Source: a virus
Taxonomy: Duplodnaviria; Caudoviricetes
Direction: 5' to 3' (one strand)
DNA: 26,019 bases
IMG/VR virus record: IMGVR_UViG_3300017902_000614
Span: 1 to 26,019 of that record
The first letter of the stretch is position 1; the number at the start of each line of letters is the position of its first letter. Below the pieces are notes generated by a model that saw only the letters and a list, made by a program, of their open reading frames with translations, did no database searches and was not told where the DNA came from. The position numbers were made by a program, and so were the translations under genes. Below are positions 21,901 through 26,019 of the stretch, piece after piece.

Positions 21901-22830
21901 AGTTCCTTGTATCGCAGATCTTTCATCATATCCAACGAATAAATTTAATTTATAATATGTTGTTATTCCTAAATTACCTGATCTACTAAAAATCTCCACC
22001 TCAGATACAGATCCTGAAGTATTAAGATCAGTTGATTTGGTTATTGTTTGGCCTACTAACTTATTAGGATCGCCAGAAATCTGTTGAGCAACGACTACCT
22101 CTCTACGAAGATATTCGGATGATGATGGTTTAAGAAGTAAATTTTCTAAATCAATAATTTTAGGTGTAATCCCATATAAAACATTAAATAAAATACGAAA
22201 TGACTCCTCTGTTCCTTTAGATTTGTATAAAGATTTAGACTCTTTAATAAAATTACTTATATCTACATTAGGATTTAATACAGTGTCTTCAAGTCCGGGA
22301 GTAATATAAGACTTTGTTTTTTTGTAAAACTCTTTAAGAAATAAAACACTTAAGTTTTCAACTCTTGAATTTATTGCATGGGTTTCAACATCACTAGTCG
22401 AAAAAATAAGTTCTCCTTGATTATCAGGATCAGTATATGATGTTATTCCACTAAAACCCCTTACAAGACCAGTGAATGAATTGGTCGTTATTCCTGTATA
22501 TGTTATTATTTCATCATCTATCTTTAAAAGACCATATTCACTTGGAAAACCTTTTGTCGAAGATACTGATATAGATTCTTGATCTAAATCTGTAATTGGT
22601 GATGTTAGAGTTGTGACACCAACAATCACTTCAGGTGTTAAATTATCAAGTTTAATATATTGATCTAAATTATCAGTTAAATCTGTAACACCTCCACGAT
22701 GTTCTTGAGAAATATAATATTGTTTTAAAAAGTCAACGGCCAATGGACTCTCTGATCTAATAAACTCAGGGAGTTGACTCTCTATTATTTGCTGAACTTG
22801 TATACGCTTGTCTATTCCAGTTCCGATCAT
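9973..22830 (-). CDS. gp7: Giant baseplate wedge initiator gp7-like protein (4285 aa), multi-module
   Basis: Lies between gp6 and gp8. N-terminus IIESQLPEFI...FLKQYY.SQE...NLDQY.KLD, plus FIK....LYKSKGTEESFRILFNVLYG and DNDYYQNLSY.IQS......PVN.LLHTSGLKNF wedge motifs. Many Gly/Thr-rich beta repeats. ATGA overlap with the gp6 stop. Confidence 0.85.
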   Translation of the reverse strand: MIGTGIDKRIQVQQIIESQLPEFIRSESPLAVDFLKQYYISQEHRGGVTDLTDNLDQYIKLDNLTPEVIVGVTTLTSPITDLDQESISVSSTKGFPSEYGLLKIDDEIITYTGITTNSFTGLVRGFSGITSYTDPDNQGELIFSTSDVETHAINSRVENLSVLFLKEFYKKTKSYITPGLEDTVLNPNVDISNFIKESKSLYKSKGTEESFRILFNVLYGITPKIIDLENLLLKPSSSEYLRREVVVAQQISGDPNKLVGQTITKSTDLNTSGSVSEVEIFSRSGNLGITTYYKLNLFVGYDERSAIQGTFTIPGKTRVIEDAPIGSTILTVDSTVGFGTTGTVITNGVNGINTITYSDKTINQFLNCAGIGNSIRSTDDLRSDEFIFGYEEGDLTKRVELRITGVLSDFELLPSSGSSVTLEGEKITVKNLGEEIPNPPSLSDRTRKTVFFNSWIYNTASRIQVDIPSNVAINTTTSAVVQKSNIDKSQLKNGDKVSIFRRGELTPISIGVGVTVNLQDIDLDTTVLNDGNTEYDIQRELDKAFGATDVDLEFGNDSITANVQNTYNDRDQDYYVASSSMPSYKIEKTVVKATLDDPQVDGLGIGTEQLLEKNPVTGLYSKLQFDSEIPFITGDAIAYVPENEPIVGLDTTGGVYYAEVLTAQNGQNKILRLYPSRSFITVTNVNQAAPPYIEFTNVGIGTTGSHKFVLLRHKNEQIGVQKVLRKFPADVNIKSGTSVETKVGTTAILKNGVEIANYKSLDKIFFGPLSEFKILNQGKDFDVINPATISVPNVGSGITALVQPVIKGDLKEMLVDQQNFDIEKVLSVSISGGNGSGAILKPIVTKRQRELPFDGRLKNIRGGVDHINDVIDFYYAHNLQSGEPLIYNNNGHASIGIGTFAGSNTIQNKTLINGSTYYPEVIDSTTIKLFEKETDYLSGINTIGYTVENQTGNHKFTLLNLKNHLKSIKVLDSGSNYTNRKLIVKAVGITTVDNSINFKNHGFITGDLVQYAPSSGDANHAPIGLGVTTRYRVLKLDNNKFRLIDVGIGATDPSSNFQRSNFVRISEVSSLSNHEFFFEPIVVSVNAVYSPVSAGRTESLVLTPKIRGPLVDAYLYESGTNYGSNILNFEKKPNIKILNGTGAELKVVVLDGKIIGCDVRFGGKNYTSAPDLDLVGIGTGIGGKLRAVVNGGKITEVKVINAGIGYSSSPPVKVTPNGSGFIIDSSVRSLTVNNLTRFGDEILLRESDTNLQYSVLGYSGKIQTAFDDLTSSPQTHSPIIGWAYDGNPIYGPYGYSVADDNNSLSRVLNSGYDLDPTLIENRPSLSTFASGFFVEDHVFKNSGDLDENNGRFCKTPDFPNGTYAYFAGISSTNAEPRFPYFIGDTYRSNPVSDNFTLTQGNFDFNKSELTRNSLPYKLDDDNADYNFVIESYEINQQTSIIESVTSGNVSDFQIVSSGDNYKVGDSLNFDNSNTDGGGASAAVSRVEGKELDNVKVGVTTYNDVVFVNGGNGTVSGFISTTHNLNTSDVVVISGLTTSIPKLTGSHKIGVSSESTVLYKALSGINTAGIVTDIYVATVPNSVSAGSSIGIGTEKLRVLNVFRDRSILRVNRGLVGYGDTSTSHILGGLVQTIPQTIDLASQDIGEFISKKNDIIYFNPRESVGVANTVGRTVTIGKPFTLGELSETISIPAKGIFLPNHPFKDNQEVILRKPSNAATQFTIGLGDRFQVGGDFNLPSSGNSQTVYIRKFSEDVVGIALTANTTPVFFKTGNAASFDNFEYSIESNYEQVKGKVERITVNVGVATVSAGSTLHGLQNNDNINLKLRSTQTKGVGAGATSVVVKYSAQNDKLLINPILFTNSSVNTDTINIANHGFKTGQKLFYNGNPATGLTSQRSYFVYKVDDSNFKLAETRYDVINEPPKVVSITANSGGNQELSLVNPRLEVIRDDNLLFYVSDPSLSGYNLKFYFDSEFKNEFVSIGSSTDFGVIGVGTVGVGTTSTITLKFNKSNPEKLFYTLEKTGFISTSDPDVKNASEIIYKDSEYNGNYVAFGVTTGGFNISLNDVPEQGSYNVGASSTITYDTSSTNTSGGISKINLTSGGFGYKNIPGVSSVTSVNGGGENILCLSSNINKINEVRITDPGFDYHSDRTLRPEARLSPTVTLINSDSIVDITVSDGGVNYTSAPELVIVDPDTGKLTNDQGVLQVNLSANSLSNVDILESPRGLTSKPQILRTINNSNGYRVTNIESSTSGIVTCTLKTPINGFATPQFSVGEQIFVENITKGSTGDGFNSADNGFKFFNVVEYNNTDPAIVKFELPNTATNPGIADSTQKFATIIKFSEYPKFTTTQKSSEFRTGEKLAVRVNNNFLSTGLIVIDNRPDEFIKIEGRYEVKVGDTIRGENSGTVATINSIVNNKGRFKIDYSLKQNKGWKDEVGRLSEDFMVLSDNDYYQNLSYTIQSPKTFDEIVDPVNRLLHTSGLKNFADAGISSTASAGIGITNQTVVSADVITEQRVDAINNFDLAKDIDTIDAGSKSKFIQLKNTKLSNFIQCNTNRVLKIDDISSEFSDSEANLSGNISIPFGETFARFLIQSRNIASGEIQVDDVVIFNDKTDTFTFEKNSLVSTASTIVDVEGRTVNGSKNLVISPFNPNDDDIDIKVYKNSFNDQNLRSGTQSIGFVNLVGISTVVSVGTTAEPIATGSTTSVDAFYATIEVENIISGEKNHVDIYATHDGTDSFYSEYYADTSSQNNFSSNFIGTFRSRIHNNILSLDFDNSVGIASTVKINAKVIGFNTTGGNDVFRFKDNAQPDGAERTINLRSGITTRTNTANFISLDKNNFSAVKSVVRIKSATASAVHQVLAIHDGTDTHTIHYPFISIGSTSGIGTFSSNLTASNFVVKFHPDSGTGSHTVQHFSEEIYKDIDILNDPPDLGYGRVNETLRVFQYNAVNGTRSNKKSFVLKNNGTPIYEKGFDPEDTLKLNRTTGVFTIPNHFFSENEQLTYTPKSTFAGVGATSLQKSNGSNLATTVFVNKIDNNNFRLRESSGGTTVTFNNVGAGNSHRLTMAKRLEKTVLVIDGIIQSPMAFSPVTTTLVNNGGSISTTTSDICVNSTTDINLEDHVKFNNEFMKVTSVGFGTTSTGPVTGIGTFNILGVERGSLGTNITTHNDGTVGRVNSGSFNIVDSTVFFADAPKGTNNIDRDSSGLETPRSAFQGRTYLRKTYTTNRIFDDLSTQFTGVGATFRMKSNGTNATGITTGSSLVLINGIFQKPTTNNNLGNNYDFKGTSTQDIVFTGVSSALSGDQVIVQGDVNQNQLPRGGKIVSLGSTGGLGVAPLVGAAVTGILNQFGGITAVGIGSTIYNQSVSPSRPPSGLTFGSGYRPVGGTVAIGITDLAYVHRFVSAGVGSIRTNASGNNIFAATQRTATDASYISHTGLLTLTIANHGLSVGNFVGIDTGSLVFTCSRDDFASNHAYPRALSKTTGLPDPIAGIATVITAVTTNTITAFIGFGGGAGTGASLTGNIGVGGTLDINVSAAGTNYVNPRFEFPEPTYSNMEVVGVSRNGVPGTTTGSNLLVTLNVGASSTVGIGSTLFSIESFEIAREGHSFKRGDKFKPVGLVTARGATLEDFILEVTEIYNDKFSSWEFGEFDYIDPIDNLQDGARTRFPLRVNGELLSFDVGSNTDSQLIVMSNLLAIYVNGVLQEPGEAYVFDGGTTFEFTTAPETNDNISIFFYKGTAAEDVTEINAVETIKEGDVVQINANNDTSTLTNANTRLLIDLEQGKRTVSGITTTDTFETEIYTGVGINDSATNKPLTWIKQKIDKVVNGVVVSKARDSIEPLIFPTARIIGDIGTGSTDRIYVDDADFFEYEKDEDSQVTSIEVSGLVVNNNNPVSAALTAVVSNTGTITSIDVVDGGSGYVGATTSVHISQPPVPMKVSPIATGIGSTAVLTANITNGVITTVTVNSGGAGYSQSIIPKVIASAHKPIKEEFVNIETIKGFSGIVTGISTVMIGGTVGLEFGLQAPLGQAFTDLIPTTPIFISETSVGHGVTSLNESGADEDVVGIGRTFVDNVYMVKEIGSLSNNAFIRVNVHSGINTTGIDLAKYGLSFSIAVTANGSNNYILNGPHRDEFSTQTALSSAANGTVYVEDGDTVSFVNNMGAHPFRISRTEGGAALGVSDGVTNNGASNGTVVFNTTGVGHTTFHYYCTSHPNAMKGLIKVKKIQKGKFSWGRLSTSSGNFVRNNPVSIGVTGNTVIAGEGLGISTFPTIQRRGFGIRDSGAIKRSHTP
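10180..10521 (-). other. Cupredoxin/plastocyanin-like module within gp7
   Basis: VYVEDGDTVSFVNNMGAHPF...GTVVF.......FHYYCTSHPNAMKGLIKV, with His (10354-10356), Cys (10219-10221), His (10210-10212) and Met (10198-10200) in type-1 copper order. Confidence 0.6.
18680..19005 (-). other. YHYH-family-like domain within gp7
   Basis: HSPIIGWAYDGNPIYGPYG...SGY...FVED.....GDLDENNGRFCKTPDFPNGTYAYF...FPYFIG matches the conserved core of the YHYH family, with YAYF in place of YHYH. Confidence 0.7.
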
Positions 22831-24728
22831 GTTCTTGTTAGTTCTCCGTTAGAGTAGCTCGAAGTTACTTTGAAACCAACACCAGATATTTGTTCGCCTG
22901 ATGTAATTGTATCCTTAACCATATTTATTTGACTACTGGGAATGTTAAAATCTAAGTAAAGATCTTGTAAACCAATTACATCATTTGATTCTGGAAATGC
23001 CTGAACTTCAACAATATTATTTGGTTTATCAGTTGAAATTATGTTTATAGTGGATAAATTAATTTCACCATGAACATAATCAACTGTTCCAGCAGATTTT
23101 ACTACAACAATTGTTTCACCACTTGCATTTTTTCTTACAACTGATATAGTTCCAGTTAATTTATCTTCATTAGGAATATCTGTGAAAAATACGGTTTCTG
23201 CAGTTCCTAATATTTTAAATCCAGTGCTCTTAATATTTAACCCTTCAGGTCTAACATTAAATTGATTTCCAAAACATAACTCATATTGGGCAAACTGGTT
23301 AACTAGAGCATTTAAATTACGTCTTATCTTAATTCTTGTTATATTTGAGGTGATTGCTTTATCAATATTATCAACTACGTTTAACACCTTACTGTATTTA
23401 AATCTACCTCCAAATTTATTTACATCACCAGATTTAGAGTATGTTGTTAAAGCCGACACTATTTTTGATTTTAAATCATTAACTGTTGCAATTTTAGTAG
23501 AATCATAGTATATGAATGATTCAACCTCAACATAAAGAACTTGTAAATCAACAATTTTTTGATTAATACCAGTCAATGAGTAACTTTTTAATTTTGTCAA
23601 AATTTGTGTTTTATCAAAATCAGATACAAATTCACCATTTTTTGGTTTTATCGTAATTAATACAGTTCCAAACTGAGGTGGATCAACTTCTTCACCACCC
23701 ACAACAGACACACTTTCTGTATTTGGATATATTGTTTGCACTATCGACTCATAATCCCTTGCTGTAACCGCCCTATACTGCGATGAATATAGTCTAGGTG
23801 CAAAATACTTAATTGAGTCAATACTTTCAATATCACCGCCATTAGAAGCAGGAGAGACTGTGTTTATTACTGGAACTGTGCTAGGAACAATGACTTGACC
23901 ATTATCACCAAGAAAACTACCAGCAAAGTTGAAGAACTCAGGGCCATTCCCCTCAGAACCCGATGTAACAACATATTGAACTGTAATTACTGCACCATTT
24001 TCAGGTTTACGTCCAAAAATACCATCACCAAATAAAAGTTCATATCTCTCATCCTGTATCTCTTGTATAAGATAAGTATCTGATATTGAACTAATTCCAA
24101 CTATATTATCAATCATCTTATATTGTTTACCCAGAACACCCGGAGTGCCCACATAAGCAACGATAGATGATGTATCAATGTTTCCGTTATCCAATATAAA
24201 TCGCTGCTCTAATGACCCGTCAACGACGAACTGAGATGTTAAGAATGTACCCTCTAACACCTCAATAGGTGAACTCACTGATCCAAAAGATGCAGCACCA
24301 ACTCCTGCATTTACAGTTGTATTCGCCACAATGCTTTCTGAGATTGAAAACACTATATCTGAATCATTCTGTCTTCCTACACACACTAGGCCTGGTTGTA
24401 GAGTCATTGTAGGACTTGTTGTGTTAGCAGTGACTGTAAAAGATATAGATGCCCTTGCTGCTGTCTTTGAACGAGGCACATAACCAATATTTCTTGCAAG
24501 AGATACTACATTTTCCCTTAGAGTTGCAGAATCAAGAAAAGACTCATTTACTACAAGGTTTGAGTTGAATGCAGAGATATACGTATTATAAGCCAGTGCG
24601 TCAATTAAGACTGAAAAGTTAGATCCTTCAAAATCAAAGTCAGTAAAGTTTGAATTTGCTCTTAGATAGTCTTTTATCTGTGTTTTAATCTGATCAAAGT
24701 CAAGATTAGTAAATTTAGTAACTGGCAT
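22827..24728 (-). CDS. gp6: Baseplate wedge subunit gp6 (633 aa)
   Basis: LDFDQIK..IK.YLR....FTDFDFEGSNFSVLID.LAYNT...ESFLDSATLRENVVSLAR.IGY.PRS, FGDGIFG, ESIDSIK..APR.Y..Q.RAVTARDY and G.VDY..GEI are all hallmark T4 gp6 motifs. Confidence 0.95.
   Translation of the reverse strand: MPVTKFTNLDFDQIKTQIKDYLRANSNFTDFDFEGSNFSVLIDALAYNTYISAFNSNLVVNESFLDSATLRENVVSLARNIGYVPRSKTAARASISFTVTANTTSPTMTLQPGLVCVGRQNDSDIVFSISESIVANTTVNAGVGAASFGSVSSPIEVLEGTFLTSQFVVDGSLEQRFILDNGNIDTSSIVAYVGTPGVLGKQYKMIDNIVGISSISDTYLIQEIQDERYELLFGDGIFGRKPENGAVITVQYVVTSGSEGNGPEFFNFAGSFLGDNGQVIVPSTVPVINTVSPASNGGDIESIDSIKYFAPRLYSSQYRAVTARDYESIVQTIYPNTESVSVVGGEEVDPPQFGTVLITIKPKNGEFVSDFDKTQILTKLKSYSLTGINQKIVDLQVLYVEVESFIYYDSTKIATVNDLKSKIVSALTTYSKSGDVNKFGGRFKYSKVLNVVDNIDKAITSNITRIKIRRNLNALVNQFAQYELCFGNQFNVRPEGLNIKSTGFKILGTAETVFFTDIPNEDKLTGTISVVRKNASGETIVVVKSAGTVDYVHGEINLSTINIISTDKPNNIVEVQAFPESNDVIGLQDLYLDFNIPSSQINMVKDTITSGEQISGVGFKVTSSYSNGELTRT
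22922..22929 (-). promoter_or_regulatory. Putative late promoter AATAAATA embedded in the gp6 3' end, serving gp7
   Basis: Encoded by CAA ATA AAT ATG (Q-I-N-M), about 92 nt upstream of the gp7 ATG at 22830. 7/8 match to TATAAATA. Confidence 0.5.
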
Positions 24729-25141
24729 TATCTTGTTGCTTTTAATAAGAATGAAAATTCTTGTGTTGGAAATTGTTGTCCAATAATATCGAAGATTATG
24801 AATACTTCATATTCATTTTGATCTGGTCTAGGTTCAACATTTACATCTAAATTAGTAACTCGAAGTTCATAATTCTCTATTGTGTTTCTAATTTGTCCTT
24901 CAATAATTGATGCGGTACCAAAATCAACAAATCCCGGAACATTATTAAATAGAAGATTTCTTACTTCAGATCCAATCGTGGAATTAAAAAATCTTTCACT
25001 AGGAATTGTTTGCACAAGATTTCGCACAGATCTTTTAATCGCATCTGCATTTTTAAGCACACCAATATCTCCGGTCACTGGATGTCTTTTAAAAGACAGA
25101 CTGATATCCTTAAACGCTCTTGATATTCGGGTTATCGCCAT
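24728..25141 (-). CDS. gp25: Baseplate wedge subunit gp25 (GPW/gp25 family, sheath initiator; 137 aa)
   Basis: FKDISLSFKRHPVTGDI...NADAIKRSVRNLVQT...ERFFNSTIGS....LLF...I...IENYE.RV. Stop overlaps the gp6 start (TAATG). Confidence 0.93.
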   Translation of the reverse strand: MAITRISRAFKDISLSFKRHPVTGDIGVLKNADAIKRSVRNLVQTIPSERFFNSTIGSEVRNLLFNNVPGFVDFGTASIIEGQIRNTIENYELRVTNLDVNVEPRPDQNEYEVFIIFDIIGQQFPTQEFSFLLKATR

Positions 25142-25160
25142 TAAACAATGGATTTTTATC

Positions 25161-25168
25161 TATTTATA
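25161..25168 (-). promoter_or_regulatory. T4-type late promoter TATAAATA for the gp25-gp6 unit
   Basis: Plus strand TATTTATA at 25161-25168, 19 nt upstream of the gp25 ATG. A second CTAAATA variant lies at 25175-25181. Confidence 0.85.
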
Positions 25169-25169
25169 C

Positions 25170-25520
25170 CTATCTATTTAGCTGATTCATATTATAGTCG
25201 TCAGAATCAAAATAATTTAGCAACCACCATGCTACTGAACGTGGATTTTTTGATCCACAAGTGAAAATATCGATTGCAACACACCCTTTTTCAGGCCATG
25301 TATGACAAGAAAGGTGACTTTCACCTAAAGTAACGGTACAAGTCACCCCATAAGGGTCAAAATGATGCACATATGTGTTTAAAACTTCCAAACCTTCAGT
25401 TTTACAAGCACTTTCGCATACTTGTTCGATCTTTTTTGCATCATTTAACTTATCAAAGGGCACATTATACACTTCAGCGAGTAAATGATCGCCCATATGA
25501 GCATTTTTGACGTTTTTCAT
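25170..25520 (-). CDS. speD: S-adenosylmethionine decarboxylase proenzyme family (class 1B, pyruvoyl-dependent), auxiliary metabolic gene
   Basis: G.HLLAE.Y...H.F.P.GVT....L.ESH.S.HTWPE.G..AID.FTCG. The self-cleavage site E67|S68 and catalytic His73 and Cys88 are intact. Confidence 0.92.
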   Translation of the reverse strand: MKNVKNAHMGDHLLAEVYNVPFDKLNDAKKIEQVCESACKTEGLEVLNTYVHHFDPYGVTCTVTLGESHLSCHTWPEKGCVAIDIFTCGSKNPRSVAWWLLNYFDSDDYNMNQLNR

Positions 25521-25624
25521 CCGTATGTGTGTACGTTATAGTGTTTTCTACGAGGAGGATACTTGAATTTCTTTACTTTTATCCTTACTGCCTTGTAAAT
25601 TTTCAAAATTTGGTCTGATTTCAT
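25517..25624 (-). CDS. Small basic hypothetical protein (35 aa; below the ORF-track cutoff)
   Basis: MKSDQILKIYKAVRIKVKKFKYPPRRKHYNVHTYG*. It fills the gap exactly, with ATGA overlaps at both ends (25621-25624 with the upstream stop, 25517-25520 with the speD start). Confidence 0.7.
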   Translation of the reverse strand: MKSDQILKIYKAVRIKVKKFKYPPRRKHYNVHTYG

Positions 25625-26019
25625 CCTAATTCTGGGTTATCCTTACGTTCTTTTGCTGTTTTCCAGAAATAATTCTCTTCTGAACCCAATCCATCACGAT
25701 CATGACCGTTTTCCACCTGATAATACACAGTTGAAACCTTAAAATCAGGATTCTTAGGTGTCTCAGGAGTGATACTGTTGTCATATATCCTCATTCTGTT
25801 GTTTGGATAGAGACAAAACTGCCCATTATCGAGTTCTAAGAGGTTATGAGACTTATGTTCAGCAGGCTGCTCACTAGTTGAGTAGTCTATTGAGTCTACA
25901 TCCTGATGATAATTGTCCAAAGTGCAAATATAAGTGCCAGTTTGCGTTCCATAGTCTCTTGTAAGCACTTCATAGTGCATTGAACCGATAAATTGCTTCT
26001 GAACAGCGACCACACCATA
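25621..26019 (-). CDS. Conserved phage hypothetical protein, C-terminal part (start lies beyond the right edge)
   Basis: The frame is open to the window end (YGVVAVQKQFIGSMHY...). G.Y.CTLDNY...YSTSE.P.EHKS.N...LDNGQF.LYPNNRMR..D.S.TP.....PDFKVST pattern, of a type seen in marine T4-like phages. Function unknown. Confidence 0.8.
   Translation of the reverse strand, partial: YGVVAVQKQFIGSMHYEVLTRDYGTQTGTYICTLDNYHQDVDSIDYSTSEQPAEHKSHNLLELDNGQFCLYPNNRMRIYDNSITPETPKNPDFKVSTVYYQVENGHDRDGLGSEENYFWKTAKERKDNPELG

Noticed and set aside
1041-22830. Inteins, introns or homing endonucleases explaining the size of the giant ORFs
   Set aside because: No C/S...HN-[CST] splice motifs or LAGLIDADG, HNH or GIY-YIG signatures were seen, and the frames are uninterrupted.
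24728-25141. Lysozyme activity for gp25
   Set aside because: This is a legacy annotation of the GPW/gp25 family. No catalytic motif is visible, and the established role is structural (sheath initiation).
36-25181. All plus-strand ORFs of 60-113 aa, and the minus-strand 11565-11747 ORF
   Set aside because: They lie antisense to, or nested in, long well-supported genes and have no recognisable motifs. They are expected shadow frames of biased codon usage.
26011-26013. GTG start proposed for the rightmost gene
   Set aside because: The frame remains open to position 26019, so the gene is 5'-truncated by the window edge.
1-26019. Apparent abundance of GATC and GGCC sites
   Set aside because: I could not show by eye that they exceed compositional expectation. 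A proper k-mer null model is needed.

Overview
Late structural-gene (baseplate) module of a large, AT-rich T4-like myovirus that most resembles the marine cyanomyoviruses. The host cannot be fixed from this window. Every credible gene is on the minus strand and tightly packed. In transcription order (right to left): a 5'-truncated conserved hypothetical gene, an unlisted 35-aa basic micro-ORF, a SpeD-family pyruvoyl decarboxylase, gp25, gp6, a giant 4285-aa gp7-like wedge initiator, gp8, a 2444-aa VrlC/DUF4815-type virion protein, three small proteins, and the N-terminus of a tail-fibre gene running off the left edge. Three perfect T4 late promoters (TATAAATA) lie in intergenic gaps, and two more (N)ATAAATA boxes sit inside coding sequence about 95 nt upstream of the two giant genes. 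The most unusual signals are: (1) 20 of 22 Pro-Gly pairs use the otherwise disfavoured CCC/CCG codons, which removes CCWGG and creates CCGG and looks like a restriction/methylation footprint; (2) a cupredoxin-like His/Cys/His/Met module near the gp7 C-terminus; (3) a poly-Pro plus Thr/Asn tripeptide repeat tract in the VrlC-like protein; (4) the micro-ORF coupled to both neighbours. No RNA genes, CRISPR arrays, inteins or mobile elements were seen. All family calls come from motif recognition and synteny rather than database searches, and all counts were made by eye.
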